Shown here: in pieces, positions 1 to 9,836 of the stretch
How the letters are laid out: each line of letters begins with the position of its first letter
How positions within the stretch are numbered: the stretch's first letter is position 1
NCBI GenBank assembly: GCA_021809805.1
Contig: JAJZKA010000001.1
Coordinates: 15,246 to 79,245, forward strand
Reading direction: 5' to 3'
Length of the DNA: 64,000 nt
DNA from: Actinomycetes bacterium
Lineage (GTDB): Bacteria > Actinomycetota > Acidimicrobiia > Acidimicrobiales > Bog-793
Position numbers and translations under genes: made by a program
Notes under the pieces: generated by a model
Databases searched by the model: none
Told to the model about the DNA's origin: nothing
What the model saw: only the letters and a program-made list of their open reading frames with translations

Positions 1-15
1 GCATCGGCGGCGCGT

Positions 16-2496
16 TCAGCCATCGGTGCCCTCCTCGCCATGGGGCGCGCTCGCCTCGATAGGCAAGGTGATGCGAAAACAGGTACCTGACGGGCTCGAG
101 GTGGCAACGATGCGGCCCTGGTGCGCGTCCACAATCGCCCCGGCGATCGACAGGCCGAGCCCGGTCCCTGCGCCCTTGGAGCCGTGGCGCCGCCCGGGCT
201 CAAAGGGCGCCCGGGCCACCGCGTCCGGCAGGCCGGTGCCGTCGTCGCAGACCGACACCGTGACCTCCTCGCGCGCGCTGGTGAGGGTGACGGCGACGGT
301 GGTGCCGGACGGGTTGTGGCGCATGGCGTTGTCCATCAAGTTCACGAAGACCTGCTCGAGGCGGTCGTGGTCGGCGAAGATCGCCGGGACGTCGCCCTCG
401 GCGGCGATCGTCACCCGCGCCGCGGACTCGGGGGCAAGACAGGCGCGCGCCGCGTCGAGGATCAAGCACAGGTCGCACCAGTCCCGCTGCAGGCGGAGCA
501 CCCCGGACTCGAGCGCCGAGAAGTCCAACAGGTGCTCGACGAGCCGGCCGAGGCGCGCCGACTCAGAGGCCATCCGGCTCAAGAAGCGCTCGACCGACTC
601 GCCGTCCCAGGCGATATCGGGCTGCAGCAGCGTCTCGGCGTAGCCCTGGATGGCGGTGAGCGGCGTGCGCAGCTCGTGGCTCAGCCGCGAGAGAAAGTCG
701 CGCTGGATGTGGCGCGAGCGCCGAAGCGCCTCGGCCTCTTGCTGGACGATGCCGATCTCCTCGCGCTCGAGCGCGAGGCGCAGGCAGTGCGCCGCGTCGC
801 CGAGCAAGGCGGTCGCCGTCTCTGGCACCTCCTCGCCTGAAAGGCGTGCCACGAGCGCTCCGGGACCCGCCGGGGCGGAAAAGCGCGTCGAAACCAGCAC
901 AAGGCCATGGCCGTCTTGGTCGTGCTCGAAGCTCACGTTCACCGAGCCGTCGCTCGCCGGCGCCTCGAGCGCGCCCGCGGCGAGGGCAACCACGCGCGAT
1001 GGCGCCGCGGTCAACGGCTTCTCGTGCTCGACGCTGGGCAGGCAGGTGGCGCTGCGCACGAGCACGCTGCCGTCGCGCTGCCCCGTGGCGAGCACGACCT
1101 CCTCGGCGCCGAGTCCTTGTTGAAGCGCCCGCAGCGCGATCGCCAGCCCCTCGGCGACAGGGATTGGACCGGCGAGGGTCTCGAGCACTTCGCGGATCGT
1201 CTCAAGGACGCGGTTGCGAGACGTCACCTCCCCAAAGAGCCGGTCGCGCTCGAGGGCGCTGGCCGCGTAGCCGGCATACAAGGTGACGAGGTCGAGCTCG
1301 TCGCGCCCGGGTCGGCCCGCCGTGGCGCGCAGCACCGTGATCGCTCCGCTTGGCCCGTCGGGGCCCATGATCGGCACCGCCCAGGAGCTCTCGACGCCGG
1401 CGGCCTTGGCGAGCCAGCCAAAGCGTGCCCAGCTCAAGCTCGAGCGCGCGTCCTCGTCGATCACCGGCTCGCCGCGCGCCGCGGCGAGTCCGGCGGGGCC
1501 GCCGGCGGGGCCGAGCTCGAGCTCGGCGAAGGCCTCGAGCACGGGAGGTGCAAGCCCCAAGGTGGCCGCGCAGCGCAGCGTGCCGCCGTCGAGGCGGTGG
1601 ATGGCGAGGCGCTCGTCGCCGAGCGCCGCGCCGAGCGCTGAGCAGATCAAGGTAAGGCTGGAGGAGCGGTCTGCGGTGGTCAGCTCGTCGACGAGGTGCT
1701 GGAGCCGGCTGAGCTGGTGGCGGGCGGTGCCGCTCACCGCGCGACCGCCCATCAGCGCGATCACGTCGTCGGGATAGACGCGCTCGGGGTCCACCTCGCC
1801 AACCCGGCGCCCGCCGCGCATGACGACGAGACGGTCCGGGATACGGAACATCTGGCCGAGGTCGTGGGAGATCATCAACACCGCCGTCCCCTCGGCGGCG
1901 AGGCTGCGGATGAGGCGCTCGACTTCGGCGGACTCCCCGAGGCCGAGCGCGGCCGTGGGCTCGTCGAGGACGAGGAGGCGAGGCCGGCCGCACACCGCCC
2001 GGGCGATGGCGAGCAGCTGGCGCTGGCCACCCGACAGCGCCCGCACGGGGGTGGTCGGATCCAATGCAACGTCCAACGCCTCGAGCATCACCCGGGCGCG
2101 CCGGTGCCGGCGCGAGTCAGAGCTCGACAAGAAGCCCGCCTCGCGCCCGAGCAACAGGTTCGAGGTGACGTCGAGGTTCTCGCAGAGCGCGAGATCCTGC
2201 CAGACCACAGTCACCCCAGCCCGGGCGGCGCCTGCCGGGTCGCCGGTGACTTCCACGCCGTCGATCCGGACGCGGCCCGCCACGGGCTGCAGGTCGCCGG
2301 CGATGCAGCGCACGAGCGTCGACTTGCCGGCGCCGTTCTCCCCGACGAGGCCGAGGATCTCGCCCGATTCGAGCTCGAGGGCCGCGCCATTCAAGACGGC
2401 GAGCGACCCAAAGCGGACCACCAGGCCGGAGACCTCGAGCAACGGCGCGCTCGCCATGGGCGCATCGGCGGTCTCGAGGGCAACCACAAGCCTCAT
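16..2496 (-). CDS. Soluble fusion protein: ABC-type ATPase domain + GAF-like region(s) + HisKA/HATPase_c histidine kinase
   Basis: Lower 827 codons of ORF 16..3432(-). ABC motifs: Walker A GENGAGKST, signature LSGGQRQ, Walker B LLVLDEPTAAL, H-loop ISHDL. A GAF-like segment follows (LAIHRLDGG...WAVPIMGPDGPSGAITVL). Kinase motifs: H-box SHELRTPLTAIQGY, N-box NLMDNAMRH, G1 DDGTGLP, G2 GTGLGLSI. No hydrophobic TM stretch. Start set at ATG 2496 (MRLVV); ATG 2457 (MASAPLLEV) is an alternative. The upstream 312 codons of the ORF are R/G/A-rich and run antisense through the DUF929-like gene. Confidence 0.8.
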   Translation of the reverse strand: MRLVVALETADAPMASAPLLEVSGLVVRFGSLAVLNGAALELESGEILGLVGENGAGKSTLVRCIAGDLQPVAGRVRIDGVEVTGDPAGAARAGVTVVWQDLALCENLDVTSNLLLGREAGFLSSSDSRRHRRARVMLEALDVALDPTTPVRALSGGQRQLLAIARAVCGRPRLLVLDEPTAALGLGESAEVERLIRSLAAEGTAVLMISHDLGQMFRIPDRLVVMRGGRRVGEVDPERVYPDDVIALMGGRAVSGTARHQLSRLQHLVDELTTADRSSSLTLICSALGAALGDERLAIHRLDGGTLRCAATLGLAPPVLEAFAELELGPAGGPAGLAAARGEPVIDEDARSSLSWARFGWLAKAAGVESSWAVPIMGPDGPSGAITVLRATAGRPGRDELDLVTLYAGYAASALERDRLFGEVTSRNRVLETIREVLETLAGPIPVAEGLAIALRALQQGLGAEEVVLATGQRDGSVLVRSATCLPSVEHEKPLTAAPSRVVALAAGALEAPASDGSVNVSFEHDQDGHGLVLVSTRFSAPAGPGALVARLSGEEVPETATALLGDAAHCLRLALEREEIGIVQQEAEALRRSRHIQRDFLSRLSHELRTPLTAIQGYAETLLQPDIAWDGESVERFLSRMASESARLGRLVEHLLDFSALESGVLRLQRDWCDLCLILDAARACLAPESAARVTIAAEGDVPAIFADHDRLEQVFVNLMDNAMRHNPSGTTVAVTLTSAREEVTVSVCDDGTGLPDAVARAPFEPGRRHGSKGAGTGLGLSIAGAIVDAHQGRIVATSSPSGTCFRITLPIEASAPHGEEGTDG

Positions 2497-2628
2497 TCTG
2501 ACCCGCCAGCCCGCCGCCCCGCGGGAGCGCTCACGTGCGATCGCCGGGCCGAATGTGACACAAGGCCCTGCGAAGGCGCCCGAGCGCTCGGCTATTGCTG
2601 AAGCGGGCGTGGCGGGAAGCGAGGTTCG

Positions 2629-3642
2629 ATGGCGTCGAATCGAAAGGCCCGCGGCGGCGCGCGCCGTCTCGGCGCGGCCAGAAGGCCTGCGACACGCCAG
2701 GGCGGGGAGGCCAAGGCGGCGGCGCTCCCAAGGCTGCGCCGCAGCCGGCAGGCGGGCTGGACGATGGTCGCCGCCGCCGTCGTCGTGGCGCTCGCCCTCG
2801 TATCGATCCACGTGCTCGAGGGCTCCACCAGCACCTCGAGCCCCATCGTCACCGGTGCCGACCGCAACCCGACGCTCGCGCCCCAAGCGGGGGTGCGGGC
2901 GCTCACGACGATCCCGGCCGCCGTCTACGACGAGGTCGGCACGAACGGGGAGCCGGCGCTGCTCGCCGTCACCGCCGGCCAGCCCCTGCTCCACAGCGCC
3001 CACAAGCCGCGCCTTGTCTATGAGGGGGCGGAGTACTGCCCCTATTGCGCGGCCGATCGCTACGCGATCATCGCCGCCCTGGCGCGCTTTGGACGCTTTT
3101 CTGGCCTGCGCGTCACCGCATCTGGCGCGAAGGACGGCGACATCGCCACCTTCAGCTTCCTCAACAGCTCCTATCAGAGCCGCTACGTCTCTTTCCGCCC
3201 CTATGAGGCCGCCGACCGCCTCGGCCAGCCGCTCCAGCACGTTCCAGCAGCGGTGGAGCGGCTGTTTTCGACCTACGCCGGCAACCCGGCGACGAACACC
3301 CCGTCGCGATTTGGCGCGGGTCGCTGGGCGGCGCCCGGCATCCCCTTCTTGGACCTCGCGAACCGCTACGTCGTCGCCGGGACCTCGAGCGCGCTCGCCG
3401 AGGTCGTCGGGAGCGGGGCGCTCGATGAGCACAACGCCAACCTCCTCGCCATCGCCGAGGCGATCCGCGCGCCGATGTCGGCATCGTCCCGAGCGCTCGG
3501 AGCGGCCAGCTTCGTCGCGGACGCCAATTACCTTTCGGCTGCGATCTGCAGCCTGGATGGCTCCCGGCCAGCGAGCGTGTGCCGCTCCTCAGGGGTGCGC
3601 ACCGCCGCCGCCGTGCTCGCCCGGGTGCGGCCGATCCGCTGA
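2629..3642 (+). CDS. DUF929-like thioredoxin-fold protein with N-terminal membrane anchor
   Basis: ATG at 2629 preceded by GGAAGCGAGG. Basic N-terminus followed by a TM helix (WTMVAAAVVVALALVSIHVL). Conserved YEGAEYCPYCAADRYAII and FGRFSGL blocks recall the DUF929 family. Confidence 0.7.
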   Translation: MASNRKARGGARRLGAARRPATRQGGEAKAAALPRLRRSRQAGWTMVAAAVVVALALVSIHVLEGSTSTSSPIVTGADRNPTLAPQAGVRALTTIPAAVYDEVGTNGEPALLAVTAGQPLLHSAHKPRLVYEGAEYCPYCAADRYAIIAALARFGRFSGLRVTASGAKDGDIATFSFLNSSYQSRYVSFRPYEAADRLGQPLQHVPAAVERLFSTYAGNPATNTPSRFGAGRWAAPGIPFLDLANRYVVAGTSSALAEVVGSGALDEHNANLLAIAEAIRAPMSASSRALGAASFVADANYLSAAICSLDGSRPASVCRSSGVRTAAAVLARVRPIR

Positions 3643-3999
3643 GCGCTGGCGCCGAGGCGCGCTCGGCCCGACCGGTCCCCCCTCAGCGCCGCGCGACAAC
3701 GAGCACACCGGCCGGGTCTTTGCACAACGGGGAGGATTGGACCGCACAGATCCCCGCGAGATGAGGTTTGCAAGACACCGAAGGCTCACGGGCCCCGGTC
3801 GAGTTGTGGTCCGCCGCCACCGCGACGATTCGCAGGTGCCGGCCAATTCGCGCACCGCGCTGCGCGAGGTGACGGACCAGGTCCGCAGAACTGCACGGCT
3901 CGCCAACTGATCACGTGCCGCGCGACTCCCCGATCCCCGGTGGCCCTCGGGAGCTGCCTTGTGCTCGTCGCGTGACGGGCGCTGAGAGTGCCGAACAGC

Positions 4000-5133
4000 T
4001 CAGGCCTCGGGGCTCTCCTCGCCGTCGCCGGTCTCACCCTCGCCACCGGTGAAGGTGCCGGTCTCGCCCGCGGGCGGGGGCACCGTCGGGGCCTCGCTCG
4101 GCACGAGGCGGTTGAGCTCGGCGATCAGCTGGCGGAGACGGCCGTGGTGCGCCCGGTCGAACTCGAGCGCGATGCGCGGCAGCTCGAGCTGGTCATCGCT
4201 CGCGCGCTCAGCCGCGAGCGGCTCGGTGCGCCAGATTCCTCGCGGCGAGCAGATATCGGCGAACTCCGCCGACAGCCGCGCCACGTCCTCCTCGCTCGGG
4301 GCATGGCGGAGCCGAATCACCATCCGGTCGCCCACAAAGCGGCGCGAGTGGTAGTTGCGGTGGAAGGCAAGGAGCTCCTCGATCGCCTCGCCGACGTCGT
4401 CGGTGATGCGATAAAGGTTGGTGTCGGCGGGGTCCGCCAGCTTGTGGCCGTAGACCTGCTCGACGACGAAGCGCTGCCATCCCCGCCAGTACTCGCCGCC
4501 GGCGACATCGACGAGGACGATCGGAGCGGGTTCGGCCTTGCCGGTCTGGACGAGCGTGAGGAGCTCAAAGGCTTCATCAAGGGTGCCAAAGCCGCCCGGG
4601 AGGCACGCAAAGCCGGTTGATTCCTTCATCAACATGAGCTTTCGCGTGAAGAAGTACTTCATGTCGACGAGCTTCTTGTTGCTCGCAATCCAGGCGTTCG
4701 GCTCGGTCTCAAAGGGCAGGCGGATGTTGACGCCGATCGCCATCTCGGGCCCCGCGCCCTCGTTGCCGGCGGCCATGATCCCTGGACCGGCGCCGGTGAC
4801 GACCATCCAGCCGGCATCGGCCATCTTGCGGGCAAGCTCGCGCGCCAGGCCATAGAGCTGGTCGGACGGCGCGGCTCGGGCGGAGCCGAAGATCGTGAGC
4901 TTGGGCACGTCGTGGTAGGGGGCGAACATCCGAAAGCCGTCGCCCATCTCGGCGAGCGCCGTGCCGACGATCTTTAAGTCGAGCCGGTCAGTCTCGTCGC
5001 CGGCGAGGCGCAGCGCCGAGAGCACCAGGCGACGGACGAGGTCGCGGTTCTTGCGCACGCCAAGCTCGTCGAGCAGCTCCTCGACGAGCGCGACAGTGTG
5101 GTCCTGCTCGGACGGCTCGAGCTCACTGGTCAT
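4000..5133 (-). CDS. LOG-family protein (nucleotide 5'-monophosphate nucleosidase / lysine-decarboxylase-like), long form
   Basis: Motifs VVTGAGPGIMAAGNEGA and CLPGGFGTLDEAFE (PGGxGTxxE). Has a C-terminal extension. ATG 5133 chosen; TTG 5166 would overlap the pgl stop. Confidence 0.8.
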   Translation of the reverse strand: MTSELEPSEQDHTVALVEELLDELGVRKNRDLVRRLVLSALRLAGDETDRLDLKIVGTALAEMGDGFRMFAPYHDVPKLTIFGSARAAPSDQLYGLARELARKMADAGWMVVTGAGPGIMAAGNEGAGPEMAIGVNIRLPFETEPNAWIASNKKLVDMKYFFTRKLMLMKESTGFACLPGGFGTLDEAFELLTLVQTGKAEPAPIVLVDVAGGEYWRGWQRFVVEQVYGHKLADPADTNLYRITDDVGEAIEELLAFHRNYHSRRFVGDRMVIRLRHAPSEEDVARLSAEFADICSPRGIWRTEPLAAERASDDQLELPRIALEFDRAHHGRLRQLIAELNRLVPSEAPTVPPPAGETGTFTGGEGETGDGEESPEA

Positions 5134-5162
5134 CGTCTGCTCATCGTGACACGCGGGCGCGC

Positions 5163-5873
5163 TCAATCGACGAGGGGCGAGAGGAGTGGCACCGTCGGCA
5201 GGGCACCGGCGGCGTCGCGGTCGACGAGCACGACGAGCCGCGGGGCAACGACGCGAGCAGCCGGCAGGTCAGCCCCCTCATGCAGGGCGACGAGGACGTC
5301 GTGCTTGGCGGCGCCAAATACGGTCATGACGACGAGGGCGGCGCGGGAGATCGCGTCGTAGGTCAAGGTGAGGCGCGGGTGGCGATTGTTGCCGGTCGGG
5401 TCCTCGTTGCGGGCTACGAGCGTGCCATTTGGGACCTCGAGCGCCGCCGAGTGGGGGAAGAGCGATGCCGTGTGGCCGTCGGGACCGAGGCCGAGCTGGA
5501 CGAGGTCGAAGGCACCGCCAGCCGCCGCGATCTCGGCGGCATAGGCCTCCGGGCCGGCCTCGCACGACATCAAGTGGAAACCGCCGAGGCGGGCGCGGGC
5601 ATCCCCGAGTCCCTCGGCGAGGGAACGGGCGTTGGAGTCGGGGTGGTCCGGCGGCACGCACCGCTCGTCGACGAGGAAGAAGTCGACCCCGGTCCAGTCG
5701 AATTCGGTGGCGGTCATGGCGTCCAGGCAGGCCCGCCCGGCGCTGCCGCCGGAGAAGGCGAGACGCAATGGTCGGGCGGCCTGGCGTCTGCGGGTGGCGT
5801 CGGCGAGTTCGGCGAAGGCGTCCGGCACATCCTCGACGAGAGTGAGTGGGGGCAGGCTCACGGGGTGCGCCAC
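5163..5873 (-). CDS. pgl: 6-phosphogluconolactonase
   Basis: Motifs LAFSGGS, FFLVDERCVPPDHPDSN and LGLGPDGHTASLFP. GTG start overlaps the zwf stop by 16 nt. Confidence 0.85.
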   Translation of the reverse strand: MAHPVSLPPLTLVEDVPDAFAELADATRRRQAARPLRLAFSGGSAGRACLDAMTATEFDWTGVDFFLVDERCVPPDHPDSNARSLAEGLGDARARLGGFHLMSCEAGPEAYAAEIAAAGGAFDLVQLGLGPDGHTASLFPHSAALEVPNGTLVARNEDPTGNNRHPRLTLTYDAISRAALVVMTVFGAAKHDVLVALHEGADLPAARVVAPRLVVLVDRDAAGALPTVPLLSPLVD

Positions 5874-7411
5874 TGACGGTTGGAGCTCTCGATGAGACGG
5901 TCGGCTTCGATCGGGCCCCAGGTCCCGACGGGGTAGCGGGCCAGGGGAGGCTCGCCTTCGGCGAAGGCGTCCTGGATCGGGGCGACGATGTGCCAGGCTT
6001 GCTCAACCTCATCGGTGCGGATGAACAGCATCGGGTCACCGGTCATCGCGTCGAGCAGCAGCCGCTCGTAGGCCTCGGCCGTCCCGCCGGGGAAGGCCTG
6101 GCTGTAAGAGAAGTCCATTGAGACCGTGCGCACCGTGAAGCTCGGCCCGGGCACCTTGGCGCCGAAGCAGAGGCTGATGCCCTCGTCGGGCTGGATCCGC
6201 AGCACGAGCGCGTCGGTCGACAGGTCGCGGGTCAGCTGGCCGGCGAAGGGGAGGTGCGGGGGACGCTGGAAGACCATGACCACCTGGGTCTCGCGGCGCA
6301 CCAGGCGCTTTCCGGTGCGCACGAAGATCGGCACGCCGGCCCAGCGCCAGTTGTCGACGGCGAGCTGCATCGCCACGTAGGTCTCGGTCAGTGAGGCGGG
6401 GTCGACGCCCTCCTCCTCGCGGTAGCCGGGAAGCTCGATCTCATTCGCCTTGCCGCGCACGTACTGGGCGCGCACGACGCGGTCCACCTCCTGGTCGGAC
6501 CCGGGGATCACGACCGAGCGCAGCACCTTCACCTTCTCGTCGCGGATGGAGTTGCCCTCCATCGTCGCCGGTGGCTCCATCAAGGTGAGCGCCAGGACCT
6601 GCATCACGTGGTTCTGCACAATGTCGCGCAGCGCGCCGGCATGCTCGTAGAAGTTGCCGCGGTGCTCGACCCCGAGCTCTTCGGCCACGGTCACCTGGAC
6701 GTGGTCGACATAGCGGCGGTTCCAGATCGGCTCGAAGATGGCATTCGCGAAGCGAAGTGCCAAGACGTTCTGGACGGTCTCTTTGCCCATGTAGTGGTCG
6801 ATGCGGAAGATCTGTTCCTCGTGGAAGCACTCGTGCAGCTCGCGGTCGAGTTGCCGGGCGCTGTCGAGGTCGATGCCGAAGGGCTTCTCGACGACGAGGC
6901 GCGCGAAGCTGCCGCCCGATCCGGGCTCGTTCGCCTTGAAGGCCGCGAGGCCCCTCGCGACCGTGCCGAACAGGTCGGGGTTGGTGGCGAGGTAGTAGAC
7001 GCGGTTGCCCGCCGTCCCGCAGGTCACGTCGACGTCGGCGAGCACCGATGCGAGCTGCTCAAAGGTCGCCGGGTCGCCGTAGTCACCGGCCACGTAGCGG
7101 AAGCGCCCGGCGAACTGGTCCCAGCGCGGGTTGTCCTCGGCGCCCTCGACGCCCCGGCACAGGTCCCTGAAGCCGTCGTCGCCCATGATCGAGCGCGCCA
7201 CACCGACGACGCTGAAGCCGTCGGGAAGGTGGCCGAGGCGCGCCTGGCGGGCGAGGGCCGGCAGGAGCTTGCGGGAGGCGAGGTCGCCCGAGGCGCCGAA
7301 GATCACGAGCGCCAGGGGATCGGGACGGCGCTGGGCGGCGCTCGGCATCTCGTCCGCCGCCCGGTCGAGGGCGTCTTTCAGCGCGTCGTCGAGCGGGGGA
7401 GCGAGGTTCAC
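5858..7411 (-). CDS. zwf: Glucose-6-phosphate 1-dehydrogenase
   Basis: Motifs IFGASGDLASRKLLPAL, EKPFG and RIDHYMGKE. The GTG start overlaps the gnd stop (GTGA). Confidence 0.95.
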   Translation of the reverse strand: MNLAPPLDDALKDALDRAADEMPSAAQRRPDPLALVIFGASGDLASRKLLPALARQARLGHLPDGFSVVGVARSIMGDDGFRDLCRGVEGAEDNPRWDQFAGRFRYVAGDYGDPATFEQLASVLADVDVTCGTAGNRVYYLATNPDLFGTVARGLAAFKANEPGSGGSFARLVVEKPFGIDLDSARQLDRELHECFHEEQIFRIDHYMGKETVQNVLALRFANAIFEPIWNRRYVDHVQVTVAEELGVEHRGNFYEHAGALRDIVQNHVMQVLALTLMEPPATMEGNSIRDEKVKVLRSVVIPGSDQEVDRVVRAQYVRGKANEIELPGYREEEGVDPASLTETYVAMQLAVDNWRWAGVPIFVRTGKRLVRRETQVVMVFQRPPHLPFAGQLTRDLSTDALVLRIQPDEGISLCFGAKVPGPSFTVRTVSMDFSYSQAFPGGTAEAYERLLLDAMTGDPMLFIRTDEVEQAWHIVAPIQDAFAEGEPPLARYPVGTWGPIEADRLIESSNRQWRTP

Positions 7412-8328
7412 TTGGTGCCTCCACTGGCCTGCGCGCGCTCGACGGCATGCCCCCCGAACTGGTTGCGCAGGGCCGCAAGGATTCGGTTGGCGAAGTCGCC
7501 GTTGTCGCGGGACTCAAAGCGCCGGTAGAGGGACTCGGTCATCACCGGGGCGGGGACTCCGCGCTCGACGGCCTCCTGGACCGTCCAGCGCCCCTCGCCC
7601 GAATCGTCGACCCACGGCTCGATCGTCTCGAAGCCGGAGTCCTCTCGCAACGCGAGCTCGGCGAGTTCGAGCAGCCATGACCGCACGACCGAGCCATAGC
7701 GCCAGATGGAGGCGATCTCGTGCAGGTCGAGGTCGAATTCCTTGGCGGCACCCATCAGCTCGAAACCTTCGGCGTAGGCCTGCATCAGGCCGTACTCGAT
7801 GCCGTTGTGCACCATCTTCACGAAATGGCCGGCACCGACGGGCCCGACGTGGGCGTAGCCGCCCTCAGGGGCGAGGTCGACGAGCAGTGGCTCCACTTTT
7901 TCGACCGCCTCCTTTTCGCCACCGACCATCAAGCAGTAGCCGTTCTCGAGCCCCCACACGCCCCCGGAGGTGCCGGCGTCCACGAAGCCGACGCCCTTTC
8001 GCCCGAGCGCTTCGGCATAAGGGGCCGCCGTCTTGTAGTTGGAGTTGCCGCCGTCGATCACCACGTCCCCGGCCGACAGCAACTCGCCGAGCGCCCGGAT
8101 GCTCTGATCGGTCGGGTTCCCGGCGGGCACCATCACCCAGATCGCACGCGGCGCGTCGAGGAGCGAGACGAGCTCTTCGAGGCTGGCCGCGGTGCGAGCG
8201 CCCTGGTCCGCCACCTGCTTGCGCGCTGCCTCGCCGAGGTCGAACCCGACGACGTCGTGGCCGCGTTGCAACAGCCGGACGGTCATGTTGGCCCCCATCC
8301 GTCCCAGTCCCACCATGCCGAGCTGCAT
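7408..8328 (-). CDS. gnd: 6-phosphogluconate dehydrogenase (decarboxylating), short ~300-aa form
   Basis: N-terminal Rossmann motif MQLGMVGLGRMGANM, then GGNSNYK and HFVKMVHNGIEYG. AGGAGG lies upstream of ATG 8328. Confidence 0.9.
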   Translation of the reverse strand: MQLGMVGLGRMGANMTVRLLQRGHDVVGFDLGEAARKQVADQGARTAASLEELVSLLDAPRAIWVMVPAGNPTDQSIRALGELLSAGDVVIDGGNSNYKTAAPYAEALGRKGVGFVDAGTSGGVWGLENGYCLMVGGEKEAVEKVEPLLVDLAPEGGYAHVGPVGAGHFVKMVHNGIEYGLMQAYAEGFELMGAAKEFDLDLHEIASIWRYGSVVRSWLLELAELALREDSGFETIEPWVDDSGEGRWTVQEAVERGVPAPVMTESLYRRFESRDNGDFANRILAALRNQFGGHAVERAQASGGTK

Positions 8329-8444
8329 CGCGCTCCTCCTGTGTTCTCCTCGAGGCGTTGTGGTTGCAATGGCGCGTCCCTACGCGCGCGGGCACCTGGC
8401 CCGCCGGGGGACCCTAGCGGCCGGGGGTCTTTGCGAATGGTCGC

Positions 8445-9836
8445 TCAGAGGTTCGAGATGAGCTCGTCGAGATCGTCGAGCGCGACGCGCAGCACGCGCC
8501 GTCCGTGGGATTCGAGGCTCTGGTGGTCGCCAATCGCCTGGGCGGCGATCAAGGTGTTGAAGTCATAGGGCTTGTCCGGAATGGCGACCGAGGCTCGCGC
8601 CGAGCGCTCGACGATCTGCACCGCGACGACCGAGTTGGGGCCGCCCTTGTGGAGCTGGCCGGTCGAGTGCAAAAAGCGTGGCCCGTAGCCCGCCGTGACT
8701 GCCATGCCCCCATGGGCATCCCGCACGGCGGCGCGCAGCCGCTCGAGCTTGTCCTCGCTGCCATAGGGCAGATACGCCTGGATGCTCACGTAGTCGCCCG
8801 CCTTGATCTGCTCCTCGAGCCAGGGGGTCACCGCCTCGGGACCGACCGACGCGAGTGAGGGGAGCGGGAGATTCTCGAGCACCTTGTTGGTGTTCGCCTT
8901 GGACTCTGCGACGTTGGGCTCATCGAAGGGATCGATGCCAAGCCCGTGGCCGGCGGCCGCGGTGGCAAGCTCGAAGCGGTAGAAGACGGCGCCCAGCTCG
9001 TGCGCCGCCGACAACTCGACCGGGATCACGTGGCGGTCCTCGCCGCGCTCGTGCTCGCTCGTTGGCACCGGCACGCAGCCCTTGTTGTGCTTTCCGGTCG
9101 ACTCCGCGACCAGCTGCTCGAGCCACAGGCCGAGCGAGCGCTGGGCGCTGGGGACGACGAACGTCGCCTTGTCTTGGCCCGCTTCGGCCGCCATTGCCAT
9201 CGACAGGCCGATCTGGACCGCCTCGGGGCCGTTCACTTCGAGCGCCCGGCCGCAAAGCTCCTCGACGTCATAGCCGGCGAGCGCGGCGGGGACGAGGCCG
9301 AAGTAAGAGAGGACCGAGTAGCGGCCGCCGATGTCTGGCGGGTTGGTGAACAGCCGGTAGACGCCGAGCTCGGTTGCCTCGCTGGCGAGCGGCGTGCCCG
9401 GGTCGGTGATGACGGCGTAGCGCTTGGGGTCTTTCAGGCGGGCGCGCGCGGCGGCGAGGAGCACGTTCGGCTCGAGCGTGGTGCCGGATTTTGAGGAGAC
9501 GAGGACGAAAGCCTCCTCGATCGGGGCGTCGGCGACCGTGGTCGGATCGGTCGTGTCGCAGACGACGATGCGCCGGCCCGCGGCGCCGAACGCATCGCGG
9601 ATCTGGGCGAGGACCTCTGGGCCGAGCGAGGAGCCGCCCATGCCGAGCAGCACGACGGTGTCCTGATCGACGTTGCGTGCCCAGCTGGTCAGCTCTTTGG
9701 CCTGGCGCTCCATCTCGCGGGGTAGCTCGAGCCAGCCGAGGCGGTTGGCCGACACGTTGCCCTCGGGCCACAGCGTGGCGTCTCGGGCGATGAGGCGGCG
9801 GTAGAGGTCCTCGGGTTCGAGGACGGCGCCGGCCAT
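8445..9836 (-). CDS. pgi: Glucose-6-phosphate isomerase (short actinobacterial/archaeal-like form)
   Basis: Motifs LLGMGGSSLGPEV, SKSGTTLEP and GGRYSVLS. ATG 9836 overlaps the tal stop (ATGA). Confidence 0.85.
   Translation of the reverse strand: MAGAVLEPEDLYRRLIARDATLWPEGNVSANRLGWLELPREMERQAKELTSWARNVDQDTVVLLGMGGSSLGPEVLAQIRDAFGAAGRRIVVCDTTDPTTVADAPIEEAFVLVSSKSGTTLEPNVLLAAARARLKDPKRYAVITDPGTPLASEATELGVYRLFTNPPDIGGRYSVLSYFGLVPAALAGYDVEELCGRALEVNGPEAVQIGLSMAMAAEAGQDKATFVVPSAQRSLGLWLEQLVAESTGKHNKGCVPVPTSEHERGEDRHVIPVELSAAHELGAVFYRFELATAAAGHGLGIDPFDEPNVAESKANTNKVLENLPLPSLASVGPEAVTPWLEEQIKAGDYVSIQAYLPYGSEDKLERLRAAVRDAHGGMAVTAGYGPRFLHSTGQLHKGGPNSVVAVQIVERSARASVAIPDKPYDFNTLIAAQAIGDHQSLESHGRRVLRVALDDLDELISNL

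Noticed and set aside
2497-3432. N-terminal 312 codons of the 1138-aa ORF 16..3432(-)
   Set aside because: The composition is R/G/A/D-rich and low in complexity, with no motifs. It runs antisense through the well-supported DUF929-like gene. Good internal ATG starts sit directly before the ABC domain.
1820-3910. 696-aa plus-strand ORF
   Set aside because: It is S/R/P/A-rich and antisense to the kinase fusion over its first third. It is out of frame with, and overlapping, the DUF929-like gene. This is a typical high-GC shadow ORF.
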